Source of the DNA: Octopus sinensis
Lineage: Eukaryota
Reading direction: 5' to 3'
DNA: 64,000 nucleotides
NCBI RefSeq assembly: GCF_006345805.1
Contig: NC_043000.1
Span: 95,542,001 to 95,606,000, forward strand
Shown: positions 28,123-40,164 of the stretch, in pieces
Position numbering within the stretch: the first letter of the stretch is position 1
How the letters are laid out: each line of letters begins with the position of its first letter
Position numbers and translations under genes: made by a program
Notes under the pieces: generated by a model
Databases searched by the model: none
What the model was told of the DNA's origin: nothing
The model's input: the letters and a program-made list of their open reading frames with translations, nothing else

Positions 28123-28998
28123 CTGTGTCAAAAAATGAATATATAAATAAAAATGAACATGAAATTTCAGGCTGAAAGAATACTCTTAAGAAACCCAAGC
28201 TTTCTTAAACAATAGGTAACACCTTAGCTATATTTCTTTGCATCTGACATCTTTGCAAATTTTCAAAGTCCAGGTTATTTTTTTTTTCTTCCAAATATAC
28301 ACAAGGCATAATTAGCAATGAAATAGTTAGTCAATTAGATTGACCCCAGTACGCAACTGGTACTTAATTTATCGACCCTAAAAGGATGAAAGGCAATTCC
28401 ACGAAGGTCAAAATTGCTGTTCAACCTTTCGGCATCAATAAATCAAATACCAGTTGCATACAGGAGTCGATCTAATTGACTGGCCCCTCCCCAAAAATTT
28501 CAGGCCTTGTGCCTAGAGTAGAAAAGAATAGTTGAGTAGATAAAATAGTGAGCTATTAAACATACAGGTCATGAGTTCTAATCTACTGGACAGGAGAACA
28601 CTAAATTCTACATGAAGAATATGTATTAGCTCCTCTAGGAATGACATATGTGATGCACTGACAGCCTATCTGGATGAAAATTTAATTCTCATTCCCTAAC
28701 AGACCATAAAACTAGCTAAGTATTGATCATGAAGAGGCTCTCAGTCTCAGGGGGGGGGGTGTATGTTTAGCATCAGCACTGTCCAAAATATAGAAGCAGT
28801 ACTTATGGCCTTAACTACTGGTGGCGATGGTGGTGGTAGAGGAGTGGGGGCAGTCACCTTCCAATCAAACTAAAGAAACTGTGTTTCCATTGGTTCTTCA
28901 AATTACTAATACCACATGTGGAATTATGAAGAAAATTTAATCCCCAAAAACACACAATATACAAGAGAAAGAAAGGAGAAATTCAACAAAAGACTCAC

Positions 28999-29146
28999 CA
29001 TGACACTGGATAACCTTTTTGATGCCAGCCTGCTGTTCCAAGGTATCAATATTCTGAGTATAATTGTGAAGTAAGCGATTATGGTCTTCAATCAACTTGA
29101 TAAACTTGTGGCACTTTGAGGGTTCAAATTGACCGGGATAAATTTC
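28999..29146 (-). CDS. SIRT1: SIRT1 exon, 148 nt: [10 protein letters not shown]...[10 protein letters not shown]...IQCHG
   Basis: ctctcag acceptor and GTGAGT donor. Contains TQNID and the catalytic His (QCHG). Not in the ORF track; translated by hand. Confidence 0.98.
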
Positions 29147-29560
29147 CTGAGAGGATACAATGAAATACTTTTTACTCAGATGAAAAGAAAAAATTTTTTT
29201 TTATTTATTCTTTTAGTCTTTTACTTCATTTCACTTATAGAACTAAGGCTAAAACCCTTCAAGGCTGGCACACTGCCTTGAAGGGTTTAGTCAAACCTTG
29301 ACATTAGATGTGGTAGATAGAAAAGGTGTGGTGGTGGTGGTGGTGGTGGTGGTGGGGAGAGGTCCCCAAAATCACTTAAAAGCAGGCATTGGTGTGTTTA
29401 CGTCCCTGTAACTTAGCAGTTTGGCAAAAGACGCCGATAGAATAAGTACCAAGCTTAAAAAAAAGTAAGTACTGGGGTTGATTCATTCAACTGAAATTCC
29501 TCAAAGCAATGCCCTAGAATGGTCAAAGTTTATATATCTATCTATCTATATATATATATA

Positions 29561-29925
29561 CTAGCAGTATCGCCCGGCGTTGCTCAGGTTTGTAAGGGAA
29601 ATAACTATAAAGCATTTTTAGAGAGTTATAGCCAAAAAATATCAAAAAAATGGAAGAAAATGATGGTAAATTTTTTTTTTAGTTAAAAAAGGTGGAGTTG
29701 CGGTTTGTGTTTCTGATTGTCGACCCCATGTCGAATTTATCGATTTTTTTCAGAACTGGGGGAACTTTTCGAAATTTTCACTGCGTTAGTTTTGAATTAT
29801 GACATTGGGCTATGTGTGTGTCAAGTTTCATCAGAATCGGTTGAAAGCCGTGGTCAGGGTGAGGGTACAAGCAAACAGACACACAGAAACACGCACAGAC
29901 AAACTGCCGTTTATATAGAGAGAGA
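29561..29925 (-). mobile_element. Non-autonomous Helitron
   Basis: Reverse-complement homolog of 63597-63979, with TC...hairpin...CTAG termini in an A|T site. Confidence 0.88.
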
Positions 29926-29978
29926 TATATATATATACACACACAGGCACATGCACACTCACACACCCACACACACGC

Positions 29979-30024
<46 letters not shown>

Positions 30025-30691
30025 GCGTGTGTGTGGGTGTGTGAGTGTGCATGTGCCTGTGTGTGTATATATATGTCCATGTATGTGTCTATGTTTACAT
30101 TTGTGCCCTACAACAATCGCTACAGGTAATGTTGTTGCTATCACTTCTCCTGTCAACAATTTCTCTGTTCAATTCACATCTTCACAGACATGTGAAATAA
30201 CAGATCCCTTACTTACAAAACAGGTAAGGGTTAGCCATAGCAAGGGCATCTGACTGTAAAACAATCCCTGAATAAACCAACAAATTGGCACAGACCAGAA
30301 ATTTTGAGGACAAAGTATAAGTCAATTAAATTGGGACCAGTATGTAACTGGTTACTTTATTTTATCAACCCAAGAAGAATAACAGGCAAAGCTACCTTGG
30401 TAACATTTAACTCAGAACATAAAAAGCTGGAACAAATACCCCATGGCTTTTTATCTGATGTTCTAGCAAATCTGCCAGCTTGCACTAATAGCAGCAGCAG
30501 TAGCAGTAGTAGTAGTAGTAGTAGTAGTAATAATAATAACACCAACAAATAATAATGGTTTCAAATTTTGGCACAAAGCCGGCAATTTTGGGGGACAGGG
30601 TAATATATCAACCACAGTACACAACTGGTACTAATTTTATCAACTCTGAATGGATAATAATAATAATAATAATAATGGAAGCATCACTAAC

Positions 30692-30844
30692 TTTGGCAAA
30701 CTTAAAAAATGGCCGAGGATCATTCCGGAAATAATGGATGTCAAACATTGCTTGAGGATCAGGTAGATCAGGAAAGTCAACAGCTAATCTGGCATAAATG
30801 CCATTACGCGACCGGAAATCTGGAATACCACAAGATACAGATAC
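30692..30844 (-). CDS. SIRT1: SIRT1 exon, 153 nt: VSVSCGIPDFRSRNGIY...FFKFAK
   Basis: ttgcag acceptor and GTTAGT donor. 51 codons, near-identical to the human exon 4 peptide. Confidence 0.98.
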
Positions 30845-31121
30845 CTGCAAGAAAATTCAATGCCATTTCAAAACACTTGAAAAAGAAAACAAAACAGTAA
30901 GACATATTAAATAATTTGGTAATCTTAAATATTGTAGACATAACGATGGCATCTCCAGAACATTATATATCTAATACTTACAGAAGATACTATCTTGCAG
31001 ATCCCATTTATGATCATCATCATTTAAGATTCACATCTTTATTTTTTTACCCTATGCCAGCATAGGAAAAAAATAGATGCACACACAAAATTTATGGATT
31101 TTATTAAACTATTGCTCCACA

Positions 31122-31380
31122 CAGTGGTCCAAAACCAATTTTTAGTTATGGACCCCTTTGATTCCTATTTTCCTCCATAGGACCCTAACAGTCATTCAAT
31201 GTTTTAAAAATCTTGTTATATATTTATAATTTAATATTATTAGAAATTGGAGGAAAAAAATTAAAACGTTTTTTTTTTTGTGTGTTGCAGAAATATAACC
31301 AATTTACAGCACATAAATTTTAGCAATAAACTCTTATATGGACACCCAAGGGTCATACAAACCCTTATGGAGAACCACTG
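31122..31380. mobile_element. hAT-type MITE
   Basis: Termini CAGTGGTCC... and ...GGAGAACCACTG. TSD not clearly retained. Confidence 0.6.
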
Positions 31381-32502
31381 CCCTACACCACTGCTTTCTT
31401 TTCTATTGTCACTTATCCTCCTCCTCCTCCTTCCTGATCCACTCCTATTTCCTTCACCTCCCCCATTAAACTGATATTCACCACTGACCATGCCTCCACC
31501 TCTGTTCACTTATCACCTCAATCCCCATCTCTAACCAACTGTCAGCAACCTTTCACATTCTGATGAATTTACATTTCCAATCATCTGTCCATACACTCTC
31601 ACTCTCTCTTTCTCTCCCTCTCTCTCTAATGTTTACTTTCTGAAGATATCTGCTGACACTTCACCACCACCACCACACCATTTCTTTTCTCCCTTTCTAG
31701 CTGGAATAGCCATGTACCTCTTCTACAGCAAAATATCTGATCTCAATACCTGACATAAAGCCGCCTCTCTTAATACCACACCCAACTGAACTAAGGTGTC
31801 ATGTCTTGCAAGTTACTTGGTAACCTCACAGGAGTTGAAGCCATGGAAAAAACACCCAAAACACTCTGCAAAGTGGAAGGGCATCCATCCATAAAAACCA
31901 TGCCCAACAGAGAGTGGACCTTGGTGCAGTCCTCTGGCTTGCCCACTCCAGTCAAACCAGCCAAACCATGCCAGCATGGAAGACAGACTTTAAATGATAA
32001 TAATATTGATATATAAATATATAACTGACATGTTTTGTTTTAAATATATATATATATTTCTAGGTAAGAAAGGCAGTGATGGTATAGTTCAATTATGCAA
32101 CAGGTATTTCTCAAAGTGACTACATTTTCTAAACACCTCAAACTTTCTACAATACCATAGACATATATTTGTTGTAGTAAGGAATGTACCGTAACAGATT
32201 GATTTTGACCTATACAGAGATCATGAGTGAGTACTAGCCAACAATGCTAATAAACACATATAAGACAGCTTGAGAAAACTCATTATCCACACATTCACTA
32301 CTTTATGTTAATAAATAACAAAAGCTACACACTTATCTACAGATAACTTCCTTGATGTTACACTAAATCAGTGCTTCTCAGCCTTTGTATCCTTGCATAA
32401 CACTTAAAATAACCTAACCAATATGTCTCCAGGAACGACTGCACCAAAAAGACTAGATACCATAGCTTTCATGTTTTCCATCGTAGTTTATGTGGTAAAC
32501 GT

Positions 32503-32520
32503 CATATATATATATATATA

Positions 32521-32563
<43 letters not shown>

Positions 32564-33395
32564 AACATAGGCATCTATAATCATATATATATATGTATAT
32601 AAACATATACATATATAATCACATATATACATTTATGTATATAACATATACATATATATCACATATATATACATATATATATATAAACATAAATATATAA
32701 TCATATATATATAATATAACATACATAAACATAAATTATCATATATATATATACATACGTATACATATATATATATACATATACATATATATATATATAT
32801 ATATACATACGTATACATATATATATATAAACATATACATATATATATATATATATACATACGTATACATATATATATATAAACATATACATATATATAT
32901 ATATATAATACATACGTATACATATATATATATAAACATATACATCTATATATATATATATACATACGTATACATATATATATAACATATACATATATAT
33001 ATATATATATATACATACGTACATATATATATATAAACATATACATATATATATATAAACATATACATATATATATATATATATACATACGTATATATAA
33101 ACATATACATATATATATATATATATAACATACGTATATATATATAATACATACGTATATTATATATATATATATATATAAAACATACATATATATTCAT
33201 ATATATACATATCTATAAACATACAAATTTGTATATATATATATAACCATATACATATATAATCATATATATATACACATATATATAAACATATACAAAT
33301 TTAATCATATATATACACATATATAAACATATACATATGTAATCATATATATACACATATATAAACATACATATATAATCATATATATACATATC
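32503..33395. repeat. Expanded TA/ATAC microsatellite
   Basis: ~900 bp of higher-order TA-rich units (ACATACGTATACATATATAT...). Confidence 0.95.
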
Positions 33396-33885
33396 ATCAT
33401 CATCATCATCATCGTTTAACGTCCGTTTTCCGCGCTAGCACGGGTCGGACGGTTTCGACCGGGGTCTGGGGAGCTAGGGACTGCCCCAGGCTCCAGTCTA
33501 GTCTGGCATTGTTTTCTACAGCTGGATGCCCTTCCTAACGCCAACCACTCCGCGAGTGTAGTGCTGTTTTTTTACTTTGCCACCTGCACAGGTGCCAGAG
33601 GGGTCTGGCATCGGCCACGTTCGGATGGTGGCTTTTTATGTGGGGGGGCAGAAATATAGGGGAGCACCAGTGGGGAGGGGTGGTTCAGAGAAATGATGAC
33701 AGGTTCTAGGCAAGTAGAACGTAGGATATCAAGAGAGGGGTAATGCATGTGAAATAGCGTATTGAAGAGGGGGTTCGAAGAGTAGACACCTATAATGGTG
33801 CTGGGAGAAGCGACATCCGGTATAGATGGAGCAAAAATATAGAGATATCCGGTATTGGTGGTGGGGGTGGGCAAGGTGGGTGCAC

Positions 33886-34542
33886 CGGGAATATGACGGG
33901 CTGGCTTAAAATGCTCTTAGCAAAGGAAGAGGGGGTATGGCAGACAACGTAAAAGGAGGAGAGAGAGAAGGAAATAGTGGAACCCCGCGAAAATGGCCGC
34001 CATTGAAAAAAACCCCTGTATGGAGAAATAATATGCAATACGAGGCGAAGCTGAAAATAGTAATAATAATAATAAGCAAACTTTCGACCGAGGATCAAAG
34101 GGACAATACTAATACTAATAATAATAGTAATATAATAAATAATAAACAGCTCAACCACAACATTAGATTAGAAGACTCTTATCTTGGGAACATTTCGTTC
34201 TTCGGCCTGACACGGGAATATGACGGGCTGGCTTAAAATGCTCTTAGCAAAGGAAGAGGGGGATGCAGACAACGTAAAAGAGGAGAGAGAGAAGGGAAAT
34301 AGTGGAACCCCGCGAAAATGGGCCACCATTGAAAAAAAACCCTGTATGGAGAAATAATATGCAATACGAGGCGAAGCTGAAAATAGTAATAATAATAATA
34401 AGCAAACTTTCGACCGAGGATCAAAGGCAATACTAATACTAATAATAATAATATAATAATAATAAATAATAAACAGCTCAACCACAACATTAGATTAGAA
34501 AGACTCTTATCTTGGGAACATTTCGTTCTTCGCCTGACACGG

Positions 34543-34548
<6 letters not shown>
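33886..34548. repeat. Tandem duplication of a 327-bp unit
   Basis: CGGGAATA recurs at 33886, 34213 and 34540. The two full units are near-identical. Confidence 0.93.
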
Positions 34549-34585
<37 letters not shown>

Positions 34586-34599
34586 CATACACACATATA

Positions 34600-37050
34600 T
34601 ATATATGTTAAACTTATTTTTCCATGTAAATCAGATCTAGTAAATTAAGTAAGATCATTTTAGATAAATATATTAACAGATTAAATTAACTTAATTATCT
34701 AAAACTATGGAGTAGTACTAATGATACTTTAAAATGGTTTAATAATACTAAAGATAAAAATAGATATAAATTCACTCAAATAGATATAGATAATTATTAT
34801 TATTCTATAAATGAGATTGTACTCAATAAGGCACTAATTTATACAATGAATAAGGTTGGAATGACTTATGATGAAGTTAACGTAGATAAAGCGGCTAGGA
34901 AATCGTTGATTAGATATAATAATAAATTGTGGGCTAGGAAGGATACTAGAGACTATTTTGATATACCTATGGGGGCACCTGATTCTGCCCAGATGACTGA
35001 TTTAGTAGGTATTTATTTATTATCGGAACTTCAATTAGAAAAATTAAAGTTGGAGATAGAACACTAGAATGATATAAGAATAAACTATATAGTTTTTTTA
35101 AAAGATATGGATTAGGTATTACTATATATAAAGAGAACTATAATGTTAATTATTTAGATGCTAATTTCAATTTAATAAAAAGTAAAACCCAACCATTCCA
35201 TAAAATTAATGAAAACCTTAGATATATTAATGCTAATAGTAATCTCCCACCTTCAATTAAGAAATCGTTGATAGATAATATAGGTATAAAGAATATCGAT
35301 GCTTTCTTCCAATTTTGAGATTTTCCAAAAACACGCAACTTATTATAATGAAGCCTTGCAGGATGCGGGATACAATAATAGTATTAAATTCTGTAATAAT
35401 TGTAAATATAATTATAAAAATATATAATGTTCCTATGATATTTATAATAATAAACCTAATATTAAGAAATATGATAAGTTTTATTCAGGTAATTATGCTT
35501 TTAATAATAGGTATTGTGATAATACAAAAAATAATATAATAACAGACTAAAAGATAAATTTAATTCATTTAATGATAATAATAATATAATAATATAAATA
35601 AAAATAATGTTAATAATAAGGACAAATTTGGTTAATTACTCCTTATGGGGCTCAAGTTAAAACAAACATTATTAAAGAGATATTAAAACTAATTGAAGTA
35701 TTCATTATATATAATAAAAAATATAATAACATTTTTTATAGTAATAATTTTAGAGTTGATTATTCTACTACTAATAATGTAAGTAACATTATTTCTTCTT
35801 TTAATAAATTTAAGCTGAATAAGTTTTACATTAACAAATTAAATAATCAATAATATAAATTATTCCAATAATAATAAAGACCAGAATACAATTAATTGTA
35901 CAAGTAAAGATAAGACAAAATGTAAATTTAACAATAAACATAATTTGGATGATGTAGTATATAAATGTGTAATGACTTTGATTGATGATAATATTAATAG
36001 GAATAATTATAATTTAAATGCAATTTATGTAGGGTCGATTTCTAATAAAATTAAATTAAGGGTGGCTCAACACATGCATTCATTTCAAAATAAAACATTG
36101 ATTAATTCTACTGGCCTTAGAAAATATATATGGGAATTGAAATCTAAAGGAATTAAGTATAATTTAAATTGGGAGATAGTTTGTAAGCTAAATCTTATCG
36201 AATAGGTAATAATTTTTGTTTTACTATGTACAAATGAATTTATGGAGATATTACTATCTAATAATAAAAATTGATTAATTCCCAAGATGAATGAAAAATT
36301 AAATATAGACATAAGTTAAATACTTATATAAGTTTAGCTAATTTGAGTATATATAAAACCTCATTTATGTTGTAGTTAAAATTTGTAGTAGTATAATGAG
36401 TAATTGGCAGTAGATTATGTAGTGAATATCATATAATTAGAATAAGACTAAACCAAGGTGTTTATAAAATAAATAAATAAATTGATGAATATAAATTAAG
36501 TCATAGAAATTTAGTTTATCTTATGTATTTTACGTATCTTAGTTTTAAATTATTGAGAATTTAGAATTTTCTAGTACATGGTATATTACATCTAGTTTAT
36601 TTCTTATTTTCACAGCTAAAATACATTTTGCTATCTAATTATTCTATAGTTATTATTTACATCATGTTTTCACGTGATAAATTTCTTAGAAACGCCAGGT
36701 TGTAAGTTTGACATTTAAAATTTTAGTTAACTGGTATTCTTCAATAAGATAAGTTATGATTTTATTTTGCATTAATATTGTTAAATTTTATTAGATTATT
36801 TATTGTTACAATACGTTTATTTTATTCTTTTAGACCTAAAGAGTGGCTATATTTCTAAATCGAATTAATTTTAATAGCATTGATTTTATTATTATCGATT
36901 TAAGCATGTAGTCATGAAACACGCATAGTCGATTTAATGTTGAATTTACTGATTTTTTAAATAATATTTATCATAGCGTATTTAAATTTTTTCTCTTTAA
37001 TATGGATAATGTCTTCCACTATTCAATTGCTTAATAGAGGTTATTTCTCT
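34600..37050 (+). mobile_element. Decayed Penelope-like element (RT + GIY-YIG + 3' repeat region)
   Basis: Frameshifted fragments PCKSDL..KISKIILDK, FDIPMGAPDSAQMTDLVGIYLL, YINANSNLPPSI, YYNEALQDAGY, and GIY-YIG-like VVYKC...IYVG...STGLRKYIWELK (35945-36205). Boundaries approximate. Confidence 0.88.
36830..36937 (+). ncRNA. Degenerate hammerhead-like motif at the Penelope 3' end
   Basis: CTAAAGA (one change from CTGAAGA), stem II GTGGCTA/TAGTCAT extended by TAAATCGA/TCGATTTA, then GAAAC...GTC. Stem I is weak. Confidence 0.55.
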
Positions 37051-37149
37051 TAATCATATAGATATATATCCATGTAAACATATATATATACACATATATA
37101 TGTAATATATATATATTTATACAAAGATATATATAGATATATATACGTA

Positions 37150-37612
37150 GCGGCTAACCAGCTTTCGTGCCAGTGGCACATAAAAGGTACCATTCGAGTG
37201 TGATCGTTACCAGCACAGACTTACTGGCACTTGTGCCCATGCTAGTAGGCTGCCAAGAGCACATCTGAGCGTGATCCTTGCCAGAGCGCTAACTGGCTTC
37301 CGTGTACGTGGCACGTAAAAGCCACCATTCGAGCCTGATCATTACCAGCGTCGCCTTACTGGCACCTGTGCCGGTAGCATGTGTAAAAAGATTCAAGCAA
37401 GGTCATTGCCAGTACCACCTGACTGGCCCCGTGCCAGTGGAATGTAAAAAGCACCCACTACACTCTCAGAGTGGTTGGCGTTAGGGAGGGCATCCAGCTG
37501 TAGAAACTCCGCCAGATCAAGATTGGAGCCTGGTGCAGTCATCTGGTTCACCAGCCCTCAGTCAAAAATCATCTAACCCATGCAAGCATGGAAAGCGGAC
37601 GTTAAACGATGG
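37150..37612 (+). mobile_element. RTE 3'UTR fragment with VNTR, plus orientation
   Basis: GAGTGGTTGGCGTTAGGGAGGGCATCCAGCTGTAGAAA core, ending GGACGTTAAACGATGGTGAT. Confidence 0.85.
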
Positions 37613-37652
37613 TGATATATATACATACATATTTATGCATGCATATATACAC

Positions 37653-37695
<43 letters not shown>

Positions 37696-37778
37696 ACATA
37701 TATATATACATACACATATAATATATATATATATATATATACATATATATATACATACACATATATATACATATATAC

Positions 37779-37878
37779 NNNNNNNNNNNNNNNNNNNNNN
37801 NNNNNNNNNNNNNNNNNNNNNNNNNNNNNNNNNNNNNNNNNNNNNNNNNNNNNNNNNNNNNNNNNNNNNNNNNNNNNN
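37779..37878. other. Assembly gap (100 N)
   Basis: Run of exactly 100 N. Confidence 0.99.
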
Positions 37879-38471
37879 CCGGATGTGCAAAGCGGCAGCC
37901 TGCACCTTCCTCTCCATGCCGGCAGGCACCCCTCAGGTAGAACCTACATACCCGTGTGCGCTGCTTGTTTCCATCCTTTTTGGCATATGGACAGTTGGGT
38001 TTGCCTCTATCCCTGGCTGCCTTGCCCCTTGGCTTTGTCTGAGTTTTAGCTTCAGTTTTTCCTCTTTTTTTGGCCTCTTCATCTCCATGTCCATGGCTTT
38101 TGGTGCCGGTAGGAGCATCCGTACCTGGGTTCACCTCCCGGGCAGGCCTCTCGCTGGAGTTTTCTTCCTGGGCGTCCACCAGGGGGGGTGACCCTCCTCA
38201 TCTGCGCCCGCGTCTCCATCCTTGCCATCTTTACTTTGTTCGCGTTTTTCGCTGTTAAAAATGGCATCCAGTGTGTTTATGTGCGATCTGACAAGTGCGT
38301 ATGAGCGTACGAACTCTTGCCTCTTCTGCTCTATTTGTGCTGACGTCCTTTTGAATCCTTTGTTCCTTAGTGCTGCCGCATTATGTTACTTGTTACTGGA
38401 CTTTCTCCGTCAGCGCATTGCCATCCTCGCAGGAACCACGCCAGTTCATCACGTTTCCAAGCTCTGGACAT
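37879..38471 (-). mobile_element. Frameshifted ORF (Myb/SANT-like + CCCH zinc finger), probably a LINE ORF1 5' portion, cut by the gap
   Basis: ATG at 38471 (MSRAWKRDELAWFLRGW), then LRNKGFKRTSAQIEQKRQEFVRSY, then CRFYLRGACRHGEEGAGCRFAHP. GC-richer than its flanks. Confidence 0.55.
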
Positions 38472-38491
38472 TCTTGATATATTATCTATCT

Positions 38492-39515
38492 ATCTAATTA
38501 TGTTAAGTTATATTAATCCAATAGTAGGGGGGTAATAGAGAAAGAGAGCGTCTATGTACTTAAGGAGAGATTGGGAGCCAAGAGAAGAGAGCAAGAGAGA
38601 AGAGGAAGAGGAGATCTAATTATATTAAGTTATATTAATCCAATAGTGCAATAGGGGGGTAGGGGGGTAATAGAGAAAGAGAAAGAGAGCGTCCATGCAC
38701 TTAAGGAGAGATTGGGAGCCAAGAGAAGAGAGCAAGAGAGAAGAGGAAGAGGAGATACTGAGTGCTGAAGGAAGATAGAGAAAGCCTCTATGCCCTCAGA
38801 GAGAGATTGAGAGCTTAGAGAGGAGAGCTGAGACAGACAGAGAAGTGCAAGGGAGGGAACCAAAAGACAGACAGAGAAGGGCAAGGGAGAGAACTGAAGA
38901 GACAGACAGAATTCTAAACGAAGCTATTGGGACATACACATGTATACACACATACACACATGTACACACGTGTGCACATGCACATATATAGACAAGAGTA
39001 ACAAGTGAGTATATAAAGAAACAAAAATAATAATGAAATATATAAACATATATTACTACTAGAGTAATAATGGTGAAAATTAAAGACAATAATAATAATA
39101 AAATAAAAATAAAATACAAAATAAACAGCTGAAAGAAACAGGCCAGGAGGTTTTACAGAGTTTATATATATATATGTAGTATGTACACACACACATATAT
39201 ATATAACACAGAAGAGACAGACAGAATTCTAAACGAAGCTATTGGGACATACACATGTATACACACATACACACATGTACACACGTGTGCACATGCACAT
39301 ATATAGACAAGAGTAACAAGTGAGTATATAAAGAAACAAAAATAATAATGAAACATATATAAACATATATTACTGAAGTAATAATGGTGAGAAATTATAA
39401 GACAATAATAATAATAAAAATAAAACAGCTGAAAGAAACAGGCCAGGAGGTTTTACAGAGTTTATATATATATATGTAGTATGTACACACACACATATAT
39501 ATATATATAACACAC
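38492..39515. repeat. Two tandem duplications (~122 bp x2 and ~315 bp x2) upstream of the Myb/CCCH ORF
   Basis: Repeat starts at 38492/38614 and 38896/39211. Confidence 0.9.
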
Positions 39516-39555
39516 ACATATTTAACAAGTGATAATAATAATAGATAATAAAATA

Positions 39556-39591
<36 letters not shown>

Positions 39592-39701
39592 TTATATTAA
39601 ATTAGAGACAAAACCACTATTATGCAAATCAAACAAAAAAAGACTTAAGCCAATACATAAAATAATTTATATAAATTAAATTTAATTAAATTAATTAAAA
39701 T

Positions 39702-39755
39702 AACCACTACGATCGTTTCGTGTCAGCACTTCTATGAGACATTCTTCAGGTGGTT
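39702..39755 (-). ncRNA. Type I hammerhead ribozyme motif (minimal, Penelope-type)
   Basis: AACCAC-CTGAAGA-ATGTC..GACAC-GAAA-CGATCG-TA-GTGGTT: 6-bp stem I, full core, stem II, palindromic stem III, GUA cleavage triplet. Confidence 0.82.
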
Positions 39756-39880
39756 TCAAAACCTTCTTTGCAAGTTTTAATATTTACTATAAAATTGGAT
39801 TCAATCCTAAATCTGATTTTTCCCTGTAAATTTGGATTTATTCCTTAATATTTATTATTATATACATATATATATCTATG

Positions 39881-39926
<46 letters not shown>

Positions 39927-40164
39927 CATATGTATATATATATATATATATATTATATCTATATACATATGTATATTATATATATATATACATATCATCA
40001 TCATCATCATCATCATCTTTTAACGTCCGCTTTCCATGCTAGCATGGTTGGATGGTTCAACTGGGGTCTGGCAGTTTCTACAGCTGGATGCCCTTCCTAA
40101 CGCCAACCACTCTGTGAGTGTAGTGGGTGCTTTTTACGTGCCAGACAAGGCTGGCATCAGCCAA

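Noticed and set aside
32633-33200. Long YI/IY-rich ORFs (also 15645-16185, 29717-30253, 37609-37778, 43955-44164)
   Set aside because: Artefacts of TA/CA microsatellites lacking stop codons.
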